Positions 19,633-29,966 are shown, numbered from the stretch's first letter. The stretch is 64,000 nt of DNA from Candidatus Woesearchaeota archaeon (GCA_964573625.1 CAZNJU010000001.1:513050-577049); one strand, 5' to 3'. Translations and numbers: made by a program. The notes: generated from the letters alone by a model not told the origin.

Positions 19633-21354
19633 ATGAAAATACTTACGTTGCATTGTGACTACATCAAGTTTCAAGCGCTCAAAAAAGCGGTAAAGGATGT
19701 TCCCGAAGTCGAAAAAGGCGAGCATGAGGTGAAAGAATGTCTTGTTGTTATGACTGCAGTCGAAAAAGGCGATTCTCAACAGGAATTAAACGAAATGCTT
19801 GAAGCCGTGAAGAAAACGGCTCATGAAGTCAAAGCTAAAAATGTCGTCTTATATCCGTATGCACATCTCTCTTCTAACTTATCAGCTCCTAAAATTGCAT
19901 TAGAGATGTTGGAGAAAGCAGAAATCATCTTAAAAAAAGATTTTTCAGTGACGCGAGCACCGTTTGGATATTACAAGACGTTCGAGCTTAAATGCAAAGG
20001 TCACCCGCTTTCAGAATTAAGCAAGACTTTTGGAAGTACATTAACAACGGTAACGAAGAAACTCCCTGAAGTTGAGCTTACAGCAGAAGATATCAAGCGT
20101 CTTCTTAGGGAAATGAATCCTACTAGACTTGATACCTCTAAACTCAAAGATAACGATCATCGTATTTTAGGTCAACGGCTTGAACTGTTTGGATTCAACG
20201 AGGTATCTCCAGGAGCAGCATTCTGGTATCCGGCAGGATTGCATATTTACAATAAGTTAGTCGAACTTGCTCGTAATGTACAAAACCTACATGGATATCA
20301 AGAGATTGCTACCCCTCAAATTCTCGGTACGTCGCTCTGGAAAGTTTCAGGACATTGGAATCATTACAAAGATAACATGTTCCTAACGTCGTATGAAGAG
20401 AGAGATTTTGGAGTCAAACCAATGAATTGTCCAGGCGCAATGCTTATGTTCAGATCAAAAACGCGAAGTTACAAAGATCTTCCGTTGCGATTTGCAGAAT
20501 TTGGCGTTGTCCATAGACAAGAGCTCTCAGGAGTACTTGCAGGATTGTTTAGAGTTGTTCGTTTCACGCAAGATGATACACATATTTTCTGTGCACCAGA
20601 ACATATTGAATCTGAAATCCATCAATTACTGAAATTGATTGAGTTCTATTATAAGAAAACGTTTGGCTTTGAATATCGTGTAGAACTTTCAACAAGACCA
20701 GAGAAGTCAATGGGAACTAAAGAACAGTGGGATCAGTCGGAAAAAGCTTTAGAAAACGCTCTAAAAAAGGCTAAAACGGCATATAAAATCAATAAGGGAG
20801 ATGGCGCTTTTTACGGCCCTAAAATAGATATTCACATCAAGGACTCCTTGGGAAGAAGCTGGCAGTGCGGAACAATACAACTTGACATGCAAATACCTGC
20901 TCGCTTTGAATGTACGTATACCGGAGCAGACAACAAAGAATACACTCCATGGGTTATCCATCGCGCTCTATTCGGATCAATGGAACGCATTATTGGAATT
21001 CTGCTAGAGCACGTCAACGGAAATCTCCCACTCTGGCTCTCGCCTCGTCAAGTACGAGTGATTAACTTTACCGATCGTAATGCAAAAGCCGCTGAGAAAC
21101 TTGTAGAAGAGCTACGAGAAGCCATTCCTTCCCTCAAGGTAGATATCGATCTCCGTACCGACACAGTGCAATCAAAAGTTCGTGATGCTGAATTACTCAA
21201 AGTAAACTATATCATCGTTGTAGGTGACAAGGAAGAGGAATCAAAGACATTGGCAGTCAGACCACGAGGTCAAAAACCTAAGTTCGGGGTCAAAAAAACA
21301 ACCTTCATTGAAGATTTGCAAAAAGAGATTGCAGAGCCATATAAATCTTTATAA
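19633..21354 (+). CDS. thrS: threonine--tRNA ligase (archaeal type with N-terminal editing domain)
   Basis: 573 aa. The archaeal-type N-terminal editing domain is followed by a class II catalytic core (FRVVRFTQDDTHIF motif-2-like) and an anticodon-binding domain. Confidence 0.9.
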   Translation: MKILTLHCDYIKFQALKKAVKDVPEVEKGEHEVKECLVVMTAVEKGDSQQELNEMLEAVKKTAHEVKAKNVVLYPYAHLSSNLSAPKIALEMLEKAEIILKKDFSVTRAPFGYYKTFELKCKGHPLSELSKTFGSTLTTVTKKLPEVELTAEDIKRLLREMNPTRLDTSKLKDNDHRILGQRLELFGFNEVSPGAAFWYPAGLHIYNKLVELARNVQNLHGYQEIATPQILGTSLWKVSGHWNHYKDNMFLTSYEERDFGVKPMNCPGAMLMFRSKTRSYKDLPLRFAEFGVVHRQELSGVLAGLFRVVRFTQDDTHIFCAPEHIESEIHQLLKLIEFYYKKTFGFEYRVELSTRPEKSMGTKEQWDQSEKALENALKKAKTAYKINKGDGAFYGPKIDIHIKDSLGRSWQCGTIQLDMQIPARFECTYTGADNKEYTPWVIHRALFGSMERIIGILLEHVNGNLPLWLSPRQVRVINFTDRNAKAAEKLVEELREAIPSLKVDIDLRTDTVQSKVRDAELLKVNYIIVVGDKEEESKTLAVRPRGQKPKFGVKKTTFIEDLQKEIAEPYKSL

Positions 21355-21382
21355 ACCTCTCTGCGTTACTACATAAAAGAGC

Positions 21383-22054
21383 ATGAAAATTCAGCCATAC
21401 ATTCAAAAATTACACAATTCTTCTGAATATAAGGAATTCGAGCAGAAATACAAAAACTCGTTCCTTATAGCCGGTTTTTTCGTTATTGATTTTGAGACAG
21501 GTAATAATGTGCACCAAATCGACTATTATGTTCCTTCAGTAAAGAAGGTAGCCGCATTTACTCTTGATAAAAATATCCAAGTCCAACTTCTTAACACGCT
21601 TGACAAGAGAGTGCCTAAAGAACTAGATATTCAAACAAGGATCGATCTAGAGGCTCTTAAAGGCATTATTCAAGATGAAATGAAGAACAGAAGCATCACT
21701 TCAGAGATAAAGAAAATGATTGCAGTTATTCAGAATATTGAAGGCAAGAAAATCTGGAATGTCAATTGTGTACTCAGCGGACTTGATATTCTCAAAGTTC
21801 ACGTTGATGATGACTCAGAAACAATACTTAAGATGGAGAAATCGTCCATTATGGATTATATCCAACGTATGCCTGGCAAAGCACAGGCGCAGATGGCTGC
21901 AGCAACAGGTCAACAACAGCCTACTAAGAAAGATATAGAGGCAAAAATAGCTCAACTTGATAAGCTTAAAGATGCTCTAAAGCAAGAAGAAGTTAAGCTT
22001 GAAAAGGAAGACAAGGAAAGTTCTCCTAAGAAAGCTAAGGCAAAGAAGAAGTAA
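21383..22054 (+). CDS. hypothetical protein with Lys/Glu-rich coiled-coil C-terminus
   Basis: 223-aa ORF whose C-terminus ends KKAKAKKK. Confidence 0.45.
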   Translation: MKIQPYIQKLHNSSEYKEFEQKYKNSFLIAGFFVIDFETGNNVHQIDYYVPSVKKVAAFTLDKNIQVQLLNTLDKRVPKELDIQTRIDLEALKGIIQDEMKNRSITSEIKKMIAVIQNIEGKKIWNVNCVLSGLDILKVHVDDDSETILKMEKSSIMDYIQRMPGKAQAQMAAATGQQQPTKKDIEAKIAQLDKLKDALKQEEVKLEKEDKESSPKKAKAKKK

Positions 22055-22187
22055 TTCTATATTCTCTATAAACAAATTCTAGTCGATCAAGCGTATTTCT
22101 ATTACTCGATATTATTTCTTGAAAATTAACTATTATAAAAAACCCAAAGAATGATGAACTAAAACTATGAATTAAAAAAATAAAAAT

Positions 22188-22646
22188 TTAAGCAGTGCAG
22201 GTTATTACCTTTGTACTTGGATTACAGGTCTTAAGACCATCAGCGCTCTGAACAACTGCTGCAACCGTTAAAGTATCTCCAGCAACTGCAGGAACATTCA
22301 ATCCATTAGCTCCAGTGTTAGCGAAAGTTAAAGTACCCAATTCACTTAATGCTGTAGCATTAGCGCTCTTTGGAAGATCCTGAACAGTAGCTCCACCCTT
22401 AAGAATTATCTTAAGACCTTGAAGCGAACCCTGTCCTGTATTTCTCTTAACAACAATATTTCCAGCAGCTGAACAGCTTACAGGTTGAACATCAATTGTC
22501 AAACAATCAGTAGAACCCTGAACATTACCTACACTGTTAACCGTAGGTCTCAAGAATAACCAGATAATTCCAACAGCAACTAAAACGAGAAGAATGATAA
22601 GAACATTTGTAACAATGTCACTTAACCCCTTTTTTGTCATTATCAT
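22188..22646 (-). CDS. archaeal type IV pilin-like protein (class III signal peptide)
   Basis: 152 aa. A positively charged N-terminus MIMTKKGLSDIVTNVLIILLVLVAVGIIW (prepilin-peptidase-type signal plus hydrophobic helix) is followed by a Thr/Ala/Gly-rich beta-rich domain. Confidence 0.6.
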   Translation of the reverse strand: MIMTKKGLSDIVTNVLIILLVLVAVGIIWLFLRPTVNSVGNVQGSTDCLTIDVQPVSCSAAGNIVVKRNTGQGSLQGLKIILKGGATVQDLPKSANATALSELGTLTFANTGANGLNVPAVAGDTLTVAAVVQSADGLKTCNPSTKVITCTA

Positions 22647-22733
22647 ACCCTATATAAATACGTGCCCTTTATAAATCTTTCGTTTTTTTGACAAAAAAGA
22701 AATATTTTAATAGGCATTTCATGAATCAAATAC

Positions 22734-23000
22734 ATGAGTGAACAAAATCAACGAACCACTTCCAAGAATAACTTGAAAAATCTCGTAAGTAGCACTCAAG
22801 ATAATGCGACTGTCAGACGTGCTTTGGAAACGACTGCGCGGATGCAGCAAGCATACGAATCAAAGCAAGGTTCATCGATCACGTATCTCGGAAGAAATAA
22901 TTCTACCTCAAGTGCGCATGATCCATCGTTGTATGATCCTGCACTTCTTGCAAAAGTAAAAGAAAAATACGCAGGATTTCCCAACGAGCTTCTTGGGTAA
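22734..23000 (+). CDS. hypothetical protein
   Basis: 88-aa hydrophilic ORF between the two pilin-like genes. Confidence 0.3.
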   Translation: MSEQNQRTTSKNNLKNLVSSTQDNATVRRALETTARMQQAYESKQGSSITYLGRNNSTSSAHDPSLYDPALLAKVKEKYAGFPNELLG

Positions 23001-23049
23001 TTTTTTCAAATCTATTTTTATCTAAGATTAATTGTCCAAAACCGTTTTT

Positions 23050-23811
23050 TTAGGGATTGCCATTACAAATATTATTCCCCGGTGCGCTTTGGCAGCTACT
23101 GCAATCTCGCGCGTTCCAAGCAATACAGTAAGCCATATGATCAAGTCCGTTAAAGACAGAGTCGCCGTTGAAATCACCATAATCTGTTCTTGCAGCATAT
23201 TCGTTTATAAAACATTGAAAATCATTGCCATTAAGATAACGTTCCGGAGGCGAGAACGTGCGTTGATCGCATTCAGCACAACGGTTTGCAGGTCTCAGTG
23301 CACTCTCGCACTTGATTGGTTTAGTAATAGGAGGACATACTGTTTTATCTTTTCCAGATCCTACGATAGGAGTAACTGTCAAAGTATCAGGAACAAAATC
23401 AAGAAGATCAGGGGTCAGAAGGATAGGGATTCCTTTCAATTGGTAGGTATTTGGCTGAGGAAGCGGTAAGCTGAACAAAGGGTTCACAGATCGAGTATGA
23501 TCTGCAGTGATAGATCTCCCTTGTTGATCGCTTATAACATATCTAATATCTGAGATAGAGACATTCGCTGCATTGCGTTTCATATTAAGTGCAATCCAAT
23601 AACTTGGTTGCGCCTGAAGTGTACTGCAATCAGCATAAGCACATTCAATAGGCTCTATTTGTACCTTGAGGCAGGCAGCAGCGGGATCAAGTTGTTTTCC
23701 GCCTTGAGAAACAGATGGTGAAATAAAATAATAAAGAACAGCAATAAGAGACAAAATTAGTAATATGAACAAGACTAACGAAATAATTTCATTAAGCCCC
23801 TTTTTATTCAT
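23050..23811 (-). CDS. pilin-like protein with Cys-rich C-terminal domain (class III signal peptide)
   Basis: 253 aa with an N-terminus MNKKGLNEIISLVLFILLILSLIAVLYYF and many Cys in the C-terminal half. Confidence 0.55.
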   Translation of the reverse strand: MNKKGLNEIISLVLFILLILSLIAVLYYFISPSVSQGGKQLDPAAACLKVQIEPIECAYADCSTLQAQPSYWIALNMKRNAANVSISDIRYVISDQQGRSITADHTRSVNPLFSLPLPQPNTYQLKGIPILLTPDLLDFVPDTLTVTPIVGSGKDKTVCPPITKPIKCESALRPANRCAECDQRTFSPPERYLNGNDFQCFINEYAARTDYGDFNGDSVFNGLDHMAYCIAWNARDCSSCQSAPGNNICNGNP

Positions 23812-23845
23812 GCTGCTATTCCGTGTAAAGAGTATATAATTCTTA

Positions 23846-25525
23846 CTAGCGATGGGCGAACCAGAAAATCGCTTTCCCGTCGACTACTCCGTGGAAGCAA
23901 ACAAATCCAACACGCTCAAACTGTACTACTGCGCCAAGAACTAATGTTTCGACAGCTGCATCAGCGATTCCTTCCTTCCATGTTCCATCAGGCATAAGTA
24001 TTTTCGCAGGAACATGTTTACCAACCCATTGTATTTTAGGAATTTTTGCAACGTTATCGAATGAAGTGATATGCGGCTTATCGCCTAGCTTAATATTACA
24101 CAAGTGTATAAGTCTCACTTCTTTTCCATTATGGCTCTGGAAGTCCTGCTCGGAAATATATATTGCATTATCAATAGCGATCTCACGTGTTTTATCAGGT
24201 ATATCAGGATGTAACGCGACACGAACATTTTTTGGCAGCTTATCATTAGCGATGAGAAACTCATGAGGTTGTTCAACAAACGAATATCGTGCTGTCACAG
24301 CATCAATTATTCGTCGATTAGCTGCGTATAATGATTCAATCGGCACGGTAATGTCTTGTCGATTTAAGCCTATCTCTTTCACAAATTCACGAATTGATTC
24401 TTTTGTAATTCCTCTCTTTATCAAACTTTGAATGCTCCACGTTCGGGGATCATCCCATCCGGTAAATGTGCCCTCGCGAATTTCCTTCTGATTTTTGGAC
24501 TTAGAAATTTTCGCACCCATTCCTTCTATTTTTATCAGTCCCGTATGTATAGTCACAGGGTGTTTCCACTTGAATATATCCCACATATATTTCTCCATGT
24601 CTGTTTCAATCATCAATTCATTTCCACGAATAATGTGCGTTATTCCAAGAAGGTGGTCATCAACGCCCCAGGTCATCTCAAGTGTCGGCCAGACACGATA
24701 TTTTTTACCGACACGTGGATGTTCTCTATCAGATATTCTAAACAAAACGCGATCACGAAATGCAGGATTAGGATGTTGCATATCCGTCTTTATACGGAGC
24801 GCAGCTGCTCCTTCTTTCGCATTAAACATATTTTTCCATCGTTCAAGTTGCATTTTTACAGGGAATTGTCGGCAACCGCATTCAATTCCTTTCGCACGAT
24901 TATCTCGAAGTACATTTTGTACACAATGGCAAACGTACGCTTTTCCTTTCTCGATCATTTCCTTAGCATAGTCATAATATATATGCAAGCGATCCGATTT
25001 GTAGATAATTGGTTTTTTGTAATTAATTCCTAGAAGTTGACATGCTTCCTCAATGAGTCCGTATGCTTCTTTGATAGGTTGTTTCTCCTCGCTACCGATA
25101 GTATCATCAATAACAAGTAGAATTTCTCCATTATATTTTTCAGCATACAGTGCGTTGAGTAAAGCAGTCTTCGCATTTCCAATGTGTAGCGCACCGGAAG
25201 GAAAAGGCGCCATGCGGAAAACCATTTTTTTCTTCACTTCAGGCAGTTCAGGTAGAACACGCACTTTCTCTTCATGTTTCTTAACAACATCTTTGAGGAT
25301 TTCAAAAGCATCCACACATTCCTTAGCAGAAAGTTTGTTAACCTCACGCACAATTTTCTGAACGTCGACCATCACTGTTTTTATGTCTTCTTTCTTGAGA
25401 CCATGTTGAAACAGTTTAGGAAGAATCTTGGATACATCTGCAGATCCAAACTCAATAGCATTTTGCAAGGCGTATGCACGAATTTCTCGTGAAAAGTCGA
25501 TCATGTTTGACGTACGACTATTCAT
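23846..25525 (-). CDS. gltX: glutamate--tRNA ligase (archaeal class I)
   Basis: 559 aa with the HIGH motif PSGALHIGNAKTA and the KMSKS-type motif KISKSK. Confidence 0.9.
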   Translation of the reverse strand: MNSRTSNMIDFSREIRAYALQNAIEFGSADVSKILPKLFQHGLKKEDIKTVMVDVQKIVREVNKLSAKECVDAFEILKDVVKKHEEKVRVLPELPEVKKKMVFRMAPFPSGALHIGNAKTALLNALYAEKYNGEILLVIDDTIGSEEKQPIKEAYGLIEEACQLLGINYKKPIIYKSDRLHIYYDYAKEMIEKGKAYVCHCVQNVLRDNRAKGIECGCRQFPVKMQLERWKNMFNAKEGAAALRIKTDMQHPNPAFRDRVLFRISDREHPRVGKKYRVWPTLEMTWGVDDHLLGITHIIRGNELMIETDMEKYMWDIFKWKHPVTIHTGLIKIEGMGAKISKSKNQKEIREGTFTGWDDPRTWSIQSLIKRGITKESIREFVKEIGLNRQDITVPIESLYAANRRIIDAVTARYSFVEQPHEFLIANDKLPKNVRVALHPDIPDKTREIAIDNAIYISEQDFQSHNGKEVRLIHLCNIKLGDKPHITSFDNVAKIPKIQWVGKHVPAKILMPDGTWKEGIADAAVETLVLGAVVQFERVGFVCFHGVVDGKAIFWFAHR

Positions 25526-25543
25526 TATATAAAACTAACTTTA

Positions 25544-25894
25544 CTATCGTGAACGTAGACGTGCCTCAATTTCTCCAATTCGATAGAAAATGTTGTCCAT
25601 ATTTGTTACCAGTTTATCCATGCTTGATTGAATTAAGGCAAGTTTATCATGCAGACTATTCATATCTGGAGAAAATGTTTGTTGTACGGCCGGGGTCGGA
25701 GCAGATGCAGATGCAAAACTCTCAAGAAAGTCAAATGGCGAAGATTGTGTTGTGGCAGGCATCACATTGTTAGCCTGAGAAATAGTCTGTGCAGAAAGAT
25801 CAAGCACGTCCCCTTTCATCTGGAATTGCTTCACAGGTTCTGAAGGTTTCTTGAGAAGTCCTCTCTTTTGCAACTGAGTAAAGTCAATTTCCAT
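25544..25894 (-). CDS. hypothetical protein (C-terminal coiled coil)
   Basis: 116-aa ORF. Confidence 0.4.
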   Translation of the reverse strand: MEIDFTQLQKRGLLKKPSEPVKQFQMKGDVLDLSAQTISQANNVMPATTQSSPFDFLESFASASAPTPAVQQTFSPDMNSLHDKLALIQSSMDKLVTNMDNIFYRIGEIEARLRSR

Positions 25895-25953
25895 TAACGA
25901 ATAGATACGAACCTTTAAATAAACTTTTTGCCTCGAAGATAAAAGAGGGTTTC

Positions 25954-27522
25954 ATGGCAGATATTAACAAATTAGTCGCAGCAATCAGTCCAGATGTATA
26001 TTGCGATCCGTCAGTGCGTGCGGATGTAAAGAAGAAGCTCAAAGAATTGGGTCCTGAAAAAGGGTATCAAGAGGCAGCAAAAATTGCAAAATTTGTTTCA
26101 AATGATGAACTTTTCAATATAGATAATGCGAAAATGATGCCTCTCGCGACTCCAGGATTAAAAGCTCCGTTTGAACAGCACAAACTCGTTTATGATTCAC
26201 CCAGCGAAACACTTGAACCTCTTTACTTCTGGATACTTGATTTTATGAACGGTATGTTCAGAAATAAGGTCACAAAAATAACGGATAATTTTTTCTCAAG
26301 TCCCGGATCGGGACATTTCTCTGAATTAGGTACAAAAATGACCAAGATGCAAGATGAAGCAATGCGTATGCTTGCAGGCGTAAATCAAGTTCTAAAATCC
26401 ATTCTAAACATCGTATATGATTTGAAGGAGTTCAAGATGCGTCTGAAAGAATATGACTTGTATCGTAATTCAAAAAACCCTGCAGAAAGAAGCGCCGCTT
26501 TACTTGCCCTTAAGCAAATATGGCTTGATAATGTGGACATTAAACGAGGCACAACATCCATAAAAGGGATGGCCCAACAGTTCGATTACGTTACACTAAT
26601 TGATGCATTTATGGCCACATCTTCACTTGAACAACTAAGCAAGCCTGCTAACGAGAGCGGAGCTCTAGACTTGAATGACCGCGTACGCAGACTTCTTGAG
26701 CAACGAGTCGGAGAATTTTTCATTTGGCTTACAGAATCGGAAAAAGAGCTGAGAAAAAGATTTGAAATTGAAAAACATTATCTGAGAAGTCAGTATAGCA
26801 CCATTCAGTTGTATTCGAGATGGATAAAACCGTATCTAAAAGCAGCACGCAGTCTTGAGCAAAATCAAAATCTTTCAACAAACGCTGCATTAGTAACTAC
26901 TTTCAACACCATTCTTCTTGAACTAATGATCATGGGCGAAGCCGAATATGATGCTGCGGACGACGTTCAAAAGGGAGATCTTCCGGAACTGTTCAAATAT
27001 ACCAAAGGGAGAAAGTATTCGGCTATTCTTGTTGTAGATCTTAAGTTCAGAGGGATTCCACAACGTGTTGCCCAAGGATACGCGTTCGGCGGTCGTACAG
27101 AAGCAACATTTACAGCATACGCGCTTAATGATGAAGAACTCAAAATACTAAAAAAAGAACTCGATAAAGACTCATTCAATGATGTGCTTTCATTGATTGA
27201 AGGAGCTACAACGCAAAGTCTGGATGAAATAAAGAAAGATATTGAGTCTTTCATCAATGAGGAAAAAGACGAAAAAGAAAAGAAAGAAGCCGAAGAGAAG
27301 AAAAAACAGGAAAGCGAAGATATCAATCCATTCTCAAGTCTTTTCAGTCCTTTCTTTTCAAAAAAGAAACCAAAAGAAGAAGAGAAAAAAAGCATGTCAG
27401 TACCTAAATCAGATGATCAATACGAAAGAGTTTTTCGATCACAGGCAATTGTAGATGCTCGTGAGCGATGTAAGACCTTATTTGAAACCTATAAAAAAGC
27501 GCATCAGATGCCTGCCTTCTAG
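25954..27522 (+). CDS. large hypothetical protein with K/E-rich C-terminal tail
   Basis: 522 aa with no recognised domain. The C-terminal ~100 aa are extremely Lys/Glu-rich. It is the first gene of a three-gene plus-strand operon. Confidence 0.5.
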   Translation: MADINKLVAAISPDVYCDPSVRADVKKKLKELGPEKGYQEAAKIAKFVSNDELFNIDNAKMMPLATPGLKAPFEQHKLVYDSPSETLEPLYFWILDFMNGMFRNKVTKITDNFFSSPGSGHFSELGTKMTKMQDEAMRMLAGVNQVLKSILNIVYDLKEFKMRLKEYDLYRNSKNPAERSAALLALKQIWLDNVDIKRGTTSIKGMAQQFDYVTLIDAFMATSSLEQLSKPANESGALDLNDRVRRLLEQRVGEFFIWLTESEKELRKRFEIEKHYLRSQYSTIQLYSRWIKPYLKAARSLEQNQNLSTNAALVTTFNTILLELMIMGEAEYDAADDVQKGDLPELFKYTKGRKYSAILVVDLKFRGIPQRVAQGYAFGGRTEATFTAYALNDEELKILKKELDKDSFNDVLSLIEGATTQSLDEIKKDIESFINEEKDEKEKKEAEEKKKQESEDINPFSSLFSPFFSKKKPKEEEKKSMSVPKSDDQYERVFRSQAIVDARERCKTLFETYKKAHQMPAF

Positions 27523-27523
27523 T

Positions 27524-28048
27524 ATGAAAAAAACTACTGTTAAAGAAATTCCTTCAAAAATAAAGGAGATTAAGAAGCCCGCCGTAGTTGATAAAAAAAT
27601 CGAAGAAATAAAAGAAGAACACCTGGCAGAGGAAGCATCACACACCCACGTTCCAGTATTGCATCGTACACGCACACTCGAAGAAGATGCTCTACCAGAA
27701 TCATCAAATGTTCAATCCCGAGCACCTCGCGAAGTTTCTAAACCATTATATGAAGGTTCTCGTCGCTCGTACACACTTTCTTCAAACCCTGCAGCAGCAC
27801 CCGAACAAAACGTAATCTATGAAGATCCTATGGTTGCCTCAGCGCGACGCACAGGAACAGTCGAAAAACCAACAGCTCTATTACGCCAAGAATTTCTCAG
27901 AACAGAAGAAGACGCTTTAGGAACACGCCCGACTGTCAGTCAAAATCCATTACACCCGCGCCAGCAGTTAAGGCGCGAAGATACCTATACGGTTGAGCAA
28001 GAACGTGCTAAATCAGATAAAAAACGACGATATCCATGGGAAGCGTAG
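27524..28048 (+). CDS. intrinsically disordered basic protein
   Basis: The track ORF is 27455..28048. The ATG at 27524 begins 1 nt after the upstream stop (MKKTTVKEI...). The sequence is Pro/Arg/Glu/Lys-rich and low-complexity. Confidence 0.4.
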   Translation: MKKTTVKEIPSKIKEIKKPAVVDKKIEEIKEEHLAEEASHTHVPVLHRTRTLEEDALPESSNVQSRAPREVSKPLYEGSRRSYTLSSNPAAAPEQNVIYEDPMVASARRTGTVEKPTALLRQEFLRTEEDALGTRPTVSQNPLHPRQQLRREDTYTVEQERAKSDKKRRYPWEA

Positions 28049-28078
28049 GTTTAAATAAAATTGTTCTTACAATAACAA

Positions 28079-29920
28079 ATGGGTGATGAAAATTTCTATC
28101 AGGGCTCAAAAATCTCTGAACCGATTTATTCAGTGAAAGAGAACTATGGAGGTTTCATAGGATACCGCGCGAATGCAAGCACGTTCGGAATGGCTCTAGA
28201 TCCGCGAACCGCAAACCAACTTCAAGAAGTTTCGAACAAGCTTAACACGGGCGCAAAAACAATCGAAGTTCAAGGTGTTCAGGCAAACGTTCTGGAGGCA
28301 ATTCCTGAGCAACATCTCGAGGAAATCAATCGTCTCAAAAAACTTGCTGGAATCGACTTAACATTCCATGGTCCTATCGTGGAACCATCAGGGTTTAACG
28401 GACGTGAAGGCTGGAGCGAGGAAAATCGTGCACAAGCAGAGCGTCAGATGCTCAGCGCAGTTACCCGCGCCCATAAACTCGATCCAAGCGGAAACATCGT
28501 CGTTACATTCCACACAACGGCAGGTCTACCTGAAATGATGGAACGCATTAAAACGAAAGAAGGAGAGGTTACTACTGAAATGCTTGTGTATGATGAATCA
28601 ACAGGTCAAGCTCAGCGCATCGAGCGCAAAGAAGATTATCTTATGAAAGAAGGGAAAAAAACCGATGTAAAGGAACGCCTGAAAGAAATGAATAAAGAAA
28701 GCTGGGAACGCGCTTTAACAACCGTCGGCTTCCACGCACATCAAGGTGAAGAAACAATACGCAGAAGTGTACGCCCACTTACTGAAGAGGGAATGCCTGA
28801 CGATTTAAAACAGTCATCTGTTCTCGATATTTACAACATTATGAAAAATAATCCCAAAGAGGGACAAGAACTTGTCTCACGCCTACCTCAGCAAACACAG
28901 CAGTTTGTAAAAGAAGCTATGGGGAATATTAATTATGGGGAAATCCATGTAAAAGACGCATATAATGAAATGAAAACATTATATGACAAGGCTTACAAAG
29001 CAGCAATTCGTACAGATAATAAAGAAGATATTGCAAAGCTCAACGAATACGGTGCTGAGTTACGTGCTAATTTCAAGAAATATGCAGACCCTAAAAATTT
29101 ACCTCAATTTGCAGAAGAAATAACAAAGGGAGTTCAAATTCTTAGTGCACTCAAGTCAAACCCTGAAGTGTTTCGTCCGCTAAACGATTTCGTTCTTGAC
29201 AAGTCAGGCGAAACATTTGGGAACATAGCCTATAAAGCATACAACGAATTCAAAAAAGACAAAACTGCTCCTATTATCAGTATAGAGAACCCTCCAGCAG
29301 GAGGCGGTTTAAGTCGTGGAGAGGATTTAAGAAAACTTGTAGAAATTTCCCGTAACAAATTCGTCGAAAAAGCAGTCGCTGACGGCATGGATAAAGAAAA
29401 AGCAGTTGAAGCAGCAAATAATCATATCGGAGTTACTTGGGATGTCGGACACATCAACATGATACGTAAGTTCGGATATGATCAGTCAGACGTCGTTAAA
29501 GAAACCAAGAAAGTGGCTGATATGGTAAAGCACGTGCACCTCTCAGATAATTTCGGATTCGAACATACTGAATTGCCTATGGGTATGGGAAATGTTCCAA
29601 CAAAAGAACATCTTGAGGCAATCGGTGAAAAAGTTAAGAAGATGAAAAAAATTGTTGAAACAGGAGATTGGTATCAGCATTTTAAAACCTCTCCATTTGC
29701 ACAGACGCTCGAGGCGTTTGGTTCACCGATATATGCGATGAAAATGGCGCCCTACTGGAATCAGGCAAGAGGTATGACGCAAGGTTATTTCTCAGGGTAC
29801 GGACGTATGTTACCTGATCAGCATTTCTCAGTATATGGTGCAGGGTTCTCTTCACTTCCTACCGAGCTCGGCGGGCAGATCACGGGCAGAAGTAGGCTTT
29901 CAGGAACACCCACCGAGTAG
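28079..29920 (+). CDS. xylose-isomerase-like / endonuclease-IV-like TIM-barrel protein with a large internal insertion
   Basis: 613 aa. N-terminal barrel strands (TFHGPIVEP...IVVTFHTTAG) are separated by a ~250-aa K/E-rich insertion from the C-terminal barrel motifs HIGVTWDVGHINM and HVHLSDNFGFEHTELPMGMGNVP (HxHxxDN...E...G.G pattern of the AP-endonuclease-2 fold). The tail is Gly/Tyr-rich. Confidence 0.5.
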   Translation: MGDENFYQGSKISEPIYSVKENYGGFIGYRANASTFGMALDPRTANQLQEVSNKLNTGAKTIEVQGVQANVLEAIPEQHLEEINRLKKLAGIDLTFHGPIVEPSGFNGREGWSEENRAQAERQMLSAVTRAHKLDPSGNIVVTFHTTAGLPEMMERIKTKEGEVTTEMLVYDESTGQAQRIERKEDYLMKEGKKTDVKERLKEMNKESWERALTTVGFHAHQGEETIRRSVRPLTEEGMPDDLKQSSVLDIYNIMKNNPKEGQELVSRLPQQTQQFVKEAMGNINYGEIHVKDAYNEMKTLYDKAYKAAIRTDNKEDIAKLNEYGAELRANFKKYADPKNLPQFAEEITKGVQILSALKSNPEVFRPLNDFVLDKSGETFGNIAYKAYNEFKKDKTAPIISIENPPAGGGLSRGEDLRKLVEISRNKFVEKAVADGMDKEKAVEAANNHIGVTWDVGHINMIRKFGYDQSDVVKETKKVADMVKHVHLSDNFGFEHTELPMGMGNVPTKEHLEAIGEKVKKMKKIVETGDWYQHFKTSPFAQTLEAFGSPIYAMKMAPYWNQARGMTQGYFSGYGRMLPDQHFSVYGAGFSSLPTELGGQITGRSRLSGTPTE

Positions 29921-29966
29921 TAAAGATTTAAAAAGAATTGTCACTTCAACTTGAAAAGACGGGATC

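Noticed and set aside
24428-25361. Several 100-200-aa plus-strand ORFs
   Set aside because: They are antisense to the gltX gene, whose product has clear class I aaRS motifs, and are frame artefacts of AT-rich coding sequence.
26967-27454. ORFs translating as poly-Lys/Ser low complexity (e.g. MSLSSMRKKTKKKRKKPKRRKNRK)
   Set aside because: These are alternative-frame or antisense readings of the K/E-rich tail of the 522-aa gene.
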